The notes under the pieces are model-generated. The model worked only from the letters and a program-made list of their open reading frames with translations. It did not search any database and had not been told where the DNA came from. Positions 57,801 to 64,000 of a stretch of DNA of 64,000 bases are shown in pieces (within the stretch, counting starts at the first letter, position 1; every line of letters begins with the position of its first letter). Position numbers and translations under genes: made by a program. The DNA comes from Macrostomum lignano (taxonomy: Eukaryota), in NCBI GenBank assembly GCA_002269645.1, contig NIVC01001066.1:248001-312000 (forward strand), in the 5' to 3' direction.

Positions 57801-60800
57801 GCAGACACCCCTAGACAGCAGACACTCCTAGACAGCAGACACCCCTAGACAGCAGACACCCCTAGACAGCAGACACCCCTAGACAGCAGACACCCCTAGA
57901 CAGCAGCACTATCACCTACTCACTCTTACCTACGTCAATGTTCTACTCAAAACCCAAGCCAGAGACTCACCTGCATCCCAGTCAGAGTGACAGTGGCGAC
58001 CTTCTTAGCCGACTTTCTCTGCTGCTGCGGGTCGTCTAGCACGCGAACTAGCAGCACGTGTAATCGTGAAAAAGTCGCCTGCAGTTCGCTGCGAACTCCG
58101 GGCGCTTTAACTGCAGCTGAGGCAGCTGGCGGCTCTGAATCCTGACGGCCCCGGTTCTGCTGCTGCTTCTTTTTCTGTTGTTGCTCTTGGCTAGAAGCGG
58201 CAGCTTCAGCCGCGCGTCGCTCACCCTCCTTGGCGGCGTAAGTGTCTGCTGGGTTTATGCGCTTAGCAAAGCTTACTAGCTCTACCAGCGTCTTCTGATT
58301 GGCTGAAATGGTTAGGGTTATAATAAGTCAACACTCCACTCAGCTAGCTGCTCCACCCCACTCCGCCAACCATTCACTCCACCAACCCCCTTACTCCGCC
58401 AACAACCCCACTCCGCCAACCACCCCACTCCGCCAACCCCCTCACTCCGCCAACAACCCCACTCCGCCAAAAAACCCCACTTAGCCAACCCCTCACTCCG
58501 CCAACAACCCCACTCCGCCAACCACCCCACTTCGCCAACCCCCTCACTCCGCCAACCACCCCACTCCGCCAACCCCCTCACTCCGCCAACCACCCCACTC
58601 CGCCAACCCCCTCACTCCGCCAACCACTCCATCATCTGACCCAATATCAATCGCAGAAAAGAGACTGCCCAGCAAACGAAGGTCCAAACACATTCTAACC
58701 AATAATGTCCAACTCGGAGAAGTGCACGCCAATCCGTTGAACTGGACAGCCGCTGCCGCCGCCAGCACCAGCGGACTCGTCAATCCACTGATATGTGCAG
58801 TTGATAAGCGGCTCGCCCGGACCGGCTGTGGAGGCGGCAGCCGCCGCAGCGGCAACCTTTGGTCCAGCCGCAGTTGACAATGGCGGATGTTGCGGCTGCC
58901 TACGCCAGGGATTGAAGTCCGCCTCCGTTGGCGACTGCGGCGACGCCGGCGATTGCGGATTTGAAATGTTGATGCTGCCGGATACCGTCTCGATTCTGTG
59001 GGTTTTTATAGAAAATAAAGGTAAATTTTTTAATATGCTATTAACAGTAGGCAAGCAGCGAATATGCAATCAATTACTTGACGTCGCGATGCGAAGCCAC
59101 TAAAAGATCGAAATCCGGCCCCAGATTTGATAGAGCGTCGGCCACGATCAAAGAATTAATTGTTAGTTGAAACAGCTGCGTCTTTGGGCACAGAGTGTAC
59201 TGAGCTGTGCTCTGGCTTAGCGAGAACTCGGCCACTGGTCGGTCTGAAATGTGCAGCCAGGGTTTAATATTTCATTTTATGACCAAAGTAAAGCTAAACG
59301 GGACGATCTAAAAGGGAGGAGCTAAGCGGGAGAGTCTAAGCGGGAGAGTCTAAGCGGGAGAGTCTGAGCGGGAGAGTCTGAGCGGGAGAGTCTAAGCGGG
59401 AGAGTCTAAGCGGGAGAGTCTAAGCGGGAGAGTCTAAGCGGGAACTTCTAAGCGGGAGACTCTAAGCGGGAGACTCTAAGCGGGAGAGTCTAAGCGGGAG
59501 AAGCTAAGCGAGAGAAGCTAAGCGAGAGAGTTTAAGGGGGAGACTCTAAGCGGGAGGGTCTAAGCGGGAGGAACTAAGGGGGATAGTCTTAGTTGGAGGA
59601 TCTAAGCGGGAGGATCTAAGCGGGAGGAGCTAAGCGGGAGGAGCTAAGCGGGATGATCTAAGCGGGAGGAGCTAAGCGGGAGGAGCTAAGCGGGAGGAGC
59701 TAAGCGGGAGGATCTAAGCGGGAGGATATAAGCGGGAGGAGCTAAGCGAGAGGATCTAAGCGGGAGGATCTAAGCGGTAGGAGCTAAGCGGCAGGATCTA
59801 GGATCTAAGCGGGGGGATCTAAGCGGGAGGAGCTAAGCGGCAGGATCTAAGCGGGAGGAGCTAAGCGGGAGGATCTAAGCGGGGGGATCTAAGCGGGGGA
59901 TCTAAGCGGAGGATCTAAGCGGGAGGAGCTAAGCGGCAGGATCTAAGCGGCAGGATCTAAGCGGGATGATCTAAGCGGGAGGAGCTAAGCGGCAGGATCT
60001 AAGCGGCAGGATCTAAGCGGGAGGATCTAAGCGGCAGGATCTAAGCGGCAGGATCTAAGCGGGAGGAGCTAAGCGGGAGAATCTAAGCGGGAGGATCTAA
60101 GCGGGAGGAGCTAAGCGGCAGGATCTAAGCGGCAGGATCTAAGCGGGAGGATCTAAGCGGGAGGAGCTAAGCGGCAGGATCTAAGCGGCAGGATCTAAGC
60201 GGGAGGATCTAAGCGGGAGGAGCTAAGCGGGAGGAGCTAAGCGGCAGGATCTAAGCGGGAGGAGCTAAGCGGCAGGATCTAAGCGGGAGGAGCTAAGTGG
60301 GAGGATCTAAGCGGGAGGAGCTAAGCGGGATCTCGGTCTCACACCGAATAAAGATGCCAATAGAAGACGCAACCCACCGTCGCTCTCCAGCTGCACAATG
60401 AGCTGGTCAATGCTAAACAATGCGTCTACAAATTTAGCCAGCTCCTGAGTATCCATAGCGCTGGCGGTGGTGGACGATGATGCCGCGGCTGCCACAGCGG
60501 CGGCGGCGGCAGCAGCCGTCTCCGAGTCGGCGGCGGAGGCCGACGATGTCGGTCGATCGCGCGGCGCCCTCGGCGACGTTCGTGCAGCCGACTGCGCCGG
60601 CTTTGCCAGTCCGATGTCGCCTCCGCCTTCAGCGCCGCCGCCGCCGCCGCCGCCAACTGCTGACTGCAGATTCATGAGGCAGCGCTGCAGCCGGGTGATC
60701 TTACGATCGCTGGCCTGCAGCAGGAAGTGCGCCATACGGCCGAGCACTCGACAGCGGGGATAAACTGAGTCGCTGCCACGCAGCAGGCGGCGCTGCAGGC

Positions 60801-63800
60801 GGACTGTCACTGAGAATTTCTGCACCAAGCTGAGCTGCTCGCGCTGTCGCTGGGTAAGAGTTGCTGGTCTGGGAGAATTTGCAGTGGGGTTGGGAGATTT
60901 GAGTACGCTTCGGTAGGGGTAGCTCGTATTTGTAATGGACAGATCTGCTTCATAATGTTAGAGTAGCGTCAGTGTCTTAGTAATGTCATTTATCACAGTT
61001 TCATGTGTCACAGTGTCATGTATCACAGTGTCACAGTGTCTCAGTGTCACAGTGTCACAGTGTCTCAGTGTCACAGTGTCATGTGTCAGTGTCATGTGTT
61101 ACACAGTACCATGTGTAACAGTAACAGTGTCATGTGCCAAAGTGCAATGTACCACAGTCATGTAACAAGGTGCCATGTACCACAGTGTCATACATCAGGT
61201 GTCATGTATCACGTGTCATGTGTCACAGTGTCATGTATCACGTGTCATGTGTCACAGTGTCATGTATCACAGTGTCATTTATCACAGTGTCATGTATCAC
61301 AGTGTCATGTATCACAGTGTCATTTATCACAGTGCCATGTGTCACAGTGTCATGTATCACAGTTTCATGTGTCACAGTGTCATGTATCACAGTGTCATTT
61401 ATCACAGTGTCATTTATCACAATGCCATGTGTCACAGTGTCATGTATCACAGTTTCATGTGTCACAGTGTCATGTATCACAGTGTCATGTATCACAGTGT
61501 CATGTTTCACAGTGTCATTTATCACAGTGCCATTTATCACAGTGCCATGTGTCACAGTGTCATGTATCACAGTGTCATTTATCACAGTGTCATTTATCAC
61601 AGTGCCATTTATCACAGTGCCATGTGTCACAGTGTCATTTATCACAGTTTCATGTATCACAGTGTCATTTATCACAGTGTCATGTATCACAGTGTCATGT
61701 ATCACAGTTCCATGTATCACAGTGTCATGTATCACAGTGTCATGTGTCACAGTGTCATGTGTCACAGTGCCATGTATCACAGTGTCATTTATCACAGTTT
61801 CATGTATCACAGTTTCATGTATCACAGTGTCATGTATCACAGTGTCATGTATCACAGTGTCATGTATCACAGTGTCATGTATCACAGTGTCATGTGTCAC
61901 AGTGTCATGTATCACAGTGTCATGTGTCACAGTGTCATGTATCACAGTGTCATGTATCACAGTGTCATTTATCACAGTGTCATTTATCACAGTGCCATGT
62001 GTCACAGTGTCATGTATCACAGTTTCATGTGTCACAGTGTCATGTATCACAGTGTCATGTTTCACAGTGTCATGTATCACAGTGTCATGTGTCACAGTGT
62101 CATGTATCACAGTGTCATGTGTCACAGTGTCATGTATCACAGTGTCATGTATCACAGTGTCATGTATCACAGTGCCATGTATCACAGTGTCATGTGTCAC
62201 AGTGTCATGTGTCACAACACTCTTGCTCGCAAGAACCACAGTGCAAATCAGCAGCCCCAAGCGGAGCCCTAAGCCAATCCTCATTACCTGGCTTTTCCCG
62301 CAGCTTCAACAGCGGACTGGAACGGCACCAACTTGTTGACATCGGCAAAAGGACCAACTAAGATTTGCAGATCTCGCATCGCCAGCGAATAGGTCTCGTA
62401 GATTTTAGCTTCAATCGCGTCCGCGGCAGCGGCTGCGAGAGTTTCGTCGGTGGCAGCGGCGGCTTCAACGCATTCAGGCGGCGTAGAGCTCGGCGTTGCG
62501 AAGTCCTCATCGTCCGCGTCTTCCTCGTCGGCTGCAACGGCGCCGGTTGCGGTGGTGCTGACGGCGGCGGCTGTAGTGGGAGCCGTCGTAGAGGCTCGCA
62601 ACTCTGGCGAAGTGTTGACTAAATGCAAATGACCAAAGTCGAACAGCACAACTGGACTAGCTGGGTCCGTGAACTTCTCAGGCAGCAAAAATTGCGGCGC
62701 GCTGATGTTCAACTCCACCTCCCAGCGCTTGCCGTCAACCTGGGTTTGCATTGGATGAGCAGCTCAGGGCTGTGAGATTCTTGCTAATGAATAATTTAGT
62801 CACTAATTTGACGATTCTTTTAGTGACTAATTGGTGATTCTCACGTGACTAATTGGCGATTCTCAGGTGACTAATTGGCGATTCTCAGGTGACTAATTGG
62901 TGATTACTGTAGTGACTAATTGGTGATTCTCAGGTGACTAATTGGCGATTCTCAGGTGACTAATTGGTGATTACTGTAGTGACTAATTGGTGATTCTCAT
63001 GTGACTAATTGGTGATTCTCAGGTGACTAATTGGCGAATCTCAGGTGACTAATTGGCGAAACTCAGGTGATCGATTGGCGATTCTCAGGTGACTAATTGG
63101 CGATTCTCAGGTGACTAATCGGCAATTCTCATGTGACTAATCGGCGATTCTTGTAGTGATAAATAATAGCGATTCTCCATACCATAATAAAATAAAGGTC
63201 ATTCCCAACTCTCACCTGTCGATCTCCCCGCTGAATCTGATCGATCATCTCTTTGATGTTGGCGCGAGCATTTTCTCTGGCCCGATAGTACTTACGTCTG
63301 GCCGCGTCTGCAACATTTACAGCGGGGCCGCTTTGAGTTGGAGCGTGAGGGAATAATTTCAGCACTTGGTTTGTGGGTGCCGCTTCCCCACTGTGGGCAG
63401 TTCACAGAGGACACCCCCTCGGTTCACGCCGCTACCCGTCCGGCCCTCAGTACACTGCTATCCCCTCAGTGAACACCGCTTCCCCCTCAGTGGACACTGC
63501 TATCCTCTCAGTGAACACCGCTTCCCCTCAGTGGACACTGCTATTCTCTCAGTGGACACCGCTACCCCCTTCAGTGGACACTGCTATCCTCTCAGTGGAC
63601 ACTGCTATCCCCTCAGTGGACACCGCTACCACCTCAGTGGACACCGCTACCACCTCAGTGGACACCGCTTCCCCTCAGTGGACACTGCTATCCTCTCAGT
63701 GAACACCGCTTCCCCCTCAGTGGACACTGCTATCCTCTCAGTGGACACCGCTTCCCCCTCAGTGGACACTGCTATCCTCTCAGTGAACACCGCTTCCCCC

Positions 63801-64000
63801 TCAGTGGACACTGCTATCCTCTCAGTGGACACCGCTACCACCTCAGTGGACACCGCTACCCTCTCAGTGGACACCGCTACACCCTCAATGAACACCGCTA
63901 CCCTAAACAACAAAGCATATAAAGTACACAGAAAATACAAGTCCGAACCAAAGACAACTTACCTCTCAGGTGATAATTAGACCGACTAGTTTTGAACACG
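21952..64000 (-). CDS. VPS13D: Vacuolar protein sorting 13D (bridge-like lipid transfer protein), 5'-partial. Exons in transcript order: 64000..63963, ~63364..63216, 62739..62288, 60868..60378, 59243..59078, 58995..58700, 58302..57971, 57422..57261, 56754..56341, 55130(?)..53682, 52994..52456 (frameshift), 50931..50315, 48833..48458, 47909..47417, 47085..46729, 45893..45776, 45674..45595, 45503..44338, 43371..43090, 41141..40554, 39832..39257, 37313..37068, 32291..31468, 30817..30382, 29601..29389, 22560..21952
   Basis: Matches to recalled human VPS13D throughout: [37 protein letters not shown] domain ([15 protein letters not shown]), [26 protein letters not shown], ricin-like [56 protein letters not shown]. 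The UBA and ricin-like segments identify subtype D. Junctions are GT-AG and phases are consistent apart from the two flagged sites; the acceptor of the second exon is approximate. About 3,800 codons lie in the window. Confidence 0.93.
22629..22995 (+). pseudogene. Cluster of decayed tRNA-like / tRNA-derived SINE fragments
   Basis: Two A-box-like starts (TGGTCGAGCGG 22634, GTAGCCGAGCGG 22875) and five GTTCGAA B-box cores (about 22680, 22737, 22793, 22921, 22977), four preceded by AAGGTC. No full cloverleaf. Confidence 0.6.
23483..28052 (+). CDS. Type-B carboxylesterase/cholinesterase-fold type I membrane protein, non-catalytic (neuroligin-like). Exons 23483..23886, 24707..25013, 25500..25890, 26756..27059, 27425..28052; 2034 nt, about 677 aa; nested antisense in the last VPS13D intron
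   Basis: Signal peptide; family motifs [87 protein letters not shown]; C-terminal hydrophobic helix and 9-aa tail. Gly sits at the nucleophile position. All junctions are GT-AG and in phase. Confidence 0.9.
23925..24637. repeat. Dimeric minisatellite of alternating 30 bp (GGGGAATTAATCAGATCTGTCAGGGCTCAT) and 28 bp (GGGGAATTGCTGGGATAATAGGGCTCAT) units
   Basis: Read directly; intron 1 of the nested esterase-like gene. Confidence 0.95.
25058..25393. repeat. 20 bp minisatellite (CTAAGCCTAGATGCCATTT(C/T))n
   Basis: About 16 units in intron 2 of the nested gene. Confidence 0.95.
27063..27358. repeat. Degenerate about 30 bp repeat (TTGAAGGCCGATTGAATCACTCTCATTTT)n
   Basis: About 9 units beginning right after the donor of intron 4 of the nested gene. 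Confidence 0.88.
28852..28858 (-). terminator. RNA polymerase III terminator (T7) of tRNA-Met
   Basis: T7 on the minus strand 3 nt past the tRNA 3' end. Confidence 0.75.
28862..28934 (-). tRNA. tRNA-Met: Elongator tRNA-Met (CAT)
   Basis: Minus strand GCCTCGTTAGCGCAGTAGGTAGCGCGTCAGTCTCATAATCTGAAGGTCGTGAGTTCGATCCTCACACGGGGCA, 73 nt; G1:C72 and a canonical TTCG T-loop indicate elongator, not initiator. Lies in the last VPS13D intron. Confidence 0.97.
29668..30331. repeat. 16 bp minisatellite (GAAACTCAGAGAACCC)n
   Basis: About 41 units with an about 240-bp higher-order duplication; VPS13D intron. Confidence 0.96.
30940..31415. repeat. 20 bp minisatellite (CAACAAACTC(C/G)GACAGTTT(G/T))n
   Basis: About 23 units; VPS13D intron. 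Confidence 0.96.
32312..33370. repeat. 24-25 bp minisatellite (GAGGGGG(CG/TG)(G/C)ATGAAGGCGATTCTT)n
   Basis: About 42 units; variant GATTATT recurs at 32461, 32711 and 32960 (250-bp period); ends at a VPS13D acceptor. Confidence 0.96.
34665..35363 (+). CDS. H1: Linker histone H1, intronless, 232 aa, nested antisense in a VPS13D intron
   Basis: Globular domain [29 protein letters not shown]...[12 protein letters not shown]; Lys/Ala/Pro-rich tail with SPKK motifs. No core histone genes in the window. Confidence 0.96.
   Translation: MTEASAPAPAAAGKAKKPRASKKKDAKPRSHPSYTDMIVKAISALKDRKGSSRQSITKYLRANYKFGADERVDAYVKAALKAGSKSGRFVHTKGVGASGSFALGEKSGKAGGASPRKAAGAKRKASPKKRPSAAAKKPAGAKKASPAKKRPKAAAAAAAPAAAAAAPAAAAAAPAAAASKPRKSAGAKKPKKAAAGGAKKKPAAAKKKPAKPKAAKAKKPKASPKKKAAKKK
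36157..37060. repeat. (GATA)n microsatellite with GACA/GATG interruptions
   Basis: About 900 bp, starting right after the VPS13D donor at 37067. Confidence 0.98.
37430..39178. repeat. 24 bp minisatellite (TTTGTGTCTGTCCATGCCTGTATA)n
   Basis: About 70 units; deletion variant GTCTGTCATGTATG recurs at about 38037, 38463, 38702 and 38941. Confidence 0.96.
40019..40510. repeat. Compound minisatellite: 37 bp (GCTGAGATGCCAATTCTTATGGTCCCAAAGGGGGGAT)n switching to 29 bp (GCTGAGATGCCAAGTCTCACAGGGGGAAT)n
   Basis: Read directly; unit length switches near 40280. Confidence 0.94.
41298..41710. repeat. 18 bp minisatellite (GGGAGAGGGGATAATCAT)n with variants
   Basis: About 22 units; VPS13D intron. Confidence 0.92.
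42541..43111. repeat. 44 bp minisatellite spanning a VPS13D exon/intron junction (13 copies of the donor)
   Basis: Minus-strand unit CTCATTATCAAACAG|GTGAGCACTGCCTACTCTTGAATCTGCCT; CTCACCTG occurs every 44 bp from 42557 to 43085. Confidence 0.97.
43825..44225. repeat. 46 bp minisatellite (AAGTTTATGACTCATTTTATTGGCTAATTGTCGCTAAATTGTCGCT)n
   Basis: About 8 units, with a related decayed copy at about 43455..43530. Confidence 0.92.
46090..46712. repeat. About 19-20 bp minisatellite (TGATTGACAGGTGAGACTC)n
   Basis: About 30 variable units; VPS13D intron. Confidence 0.92.
47128..47302. repeat. 16 bp minisatellite (TCACAAGCTCGAATCT)n
   Basis: About 10 units. Confidence 0.95.
47930..48448. repeat. 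About 33 bp minisatellite (GGATTAGGTGAACCGGAAGGTTAGTGAATCGTT)n, decaying leftward
   Basis: Homogeneous at 48180..48448, degenerate GGTGAATC-based units toward the acceptor. Confidence 0.9.
48886..50307. repeat. 16 bp minisatellite (GGGGATTGTGAAGCTT)n
   Basis: About 88 units; variant TGCAGCTTAGAGG at about 49257 and 49737 shows a 480-bp block duplication. Confidence 0.97.
51003..51117 (+). mobile_element. About 115 bp interspersed repeat, copy B (VPS13D intron)
   Basis: Second copy of 13626..13739 in the same orientation on the + strand. Confidence 0.75.
51189..52275. repeat. 28 bp minisatellite (GGGCCAGCCTCCCAGATCCTCAGTTGCT)n with 35 bp GGCAACCGCC variants
   Basis: Same family and orientation as 7903..9110. 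Confidence 0.97.
53011..53470. repeat. 22 bp minisatellite (TGTGGGGAGATTCTTCAGGGTT)n
   Basis: About 20 units. Confidence 0.96.
55345..56264. repeat. 19 bp minisatellite (CATAGACACAAAGACTGAC)n
   Basis: About 48 units, nearly perfect at 55670..56260. Confidence 0.97.
56860..57228. repeat. About 24-27 bp minisatellite (CAGTCAGGGGAGATTTATC(G)5-9)n
   Basis: About 14 units differing mainly in G-run length. Confidence 0.94.
57620..57906. repeat. 18-19 bp minisatellite (CCCCTAGACAGCAGACAC)n
   Basis: About 12 clean units plus a decayed flank. Confidence 0.92.
58335..58630. repeat. About 17-18 bp minisatellite (CCACTCCGCCAAC(CACC/CCCCT))n
   Basis: About 16 units. Confidence 0.92.
59315..60330. repeat. 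14 bp minisatellite (CTAAGCGG(G/C)AGGA(G/T))n
   Basis: About 70 units, with AGAGT/AGACT variants on the left. Confidence 0.96.
60975..62216. repeat. 15 bp minisatellite (CACAGTGTCATGTAT)n
   Basis: About 80 units. Confidence 0.97.
62790..63155. repeat. 22 bp minisatellite (GTGACTAATTGGCGATTCTCAG)n
   Basis: About 16 units. Confidence 0.94.
63440..63903. repeat. About 21 bp minisatellite alternating CAGTGGACACTGCTATCCTCT and CAGTGAACACCGCTTCCCCCT
   Basis: About 21 units. Confidence 0.94.

Noticed and set aside
16085-60763. Many 60-230 aa antisense or alternate-frame ORFs over GC-rich exons (for example 40461..41153, 44359..44898, 54087..54533)
   Set aside because: Shadow ORFs expected from GC-rich codon usage; no independent homology signal.
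3552-63903. General rule that arrays are G-rich on the template strand
   Set aside because: About nine arrays fit but at least five (11196, 14262, 57620, 58335, 63440) are opposite; too mixed to claim from one window.
7897-63980. Other repeat-derived ORFs (PPRSSDAG at 7.9-9.2 kb and 51-52 kb, LSIY at 36-37 kb, CLSMPV at 37-39 kb, SQCHV at 61-62 kb and similar)
   Set aside because: Each coincides with a tandem array, appears in several frames at once, and mostly lies in an intron of a reconstructed gene.

Overview
Eukaryotic (metazoan) genomic DNA. GC-rich exons full of Ala/Gly/Gln runs and introns packed with minisatellites suggest a Macrostomum-like free-living flatworm; this is an inference from sequence style, not a search result. 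Five protein-coding genes can be reconstructed by hand with GT-AG junctions and consistent phases: POLDIP3/SKAR (+, 2 visible exons), a compact ARID2 (+, 8 exons, about 909 aa), a 5'-truncated VPS13D (-, 26 exons in the window, about 3,800 codons, running off the right edge), and two genes nested antisense in VPS13D introns: a cholinesterase-like adhesion-type protein lacking the catalytic serine (neuroligin-like, 5 exons, about 677 aa) and an intronless histone H1. There are two intact tRNA genes (Asn-GTT, elongator Met-CAT), decayed tRNA-like and SINE-like fragments, and about 35 tandem arrays. The dominant structure is that almost every intron over about 300 nt is filled by its own minisatellite, while 80-120 nt introns have none. 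Several arrays amplify functional signals: a splice donor x13, the ARID2 stop region, and AATAAA about x48. VPS13D has one clear 1-nt frameshift and one ambiguous acceptor. Most long ORFs in the supplied track are repeat or antisense artefacts. There is no CRISPR array and no intact transposase or reverse transcriptase. Orthology calls rest on recalled human sequences and should be confirmed by BLAST/HMMER.
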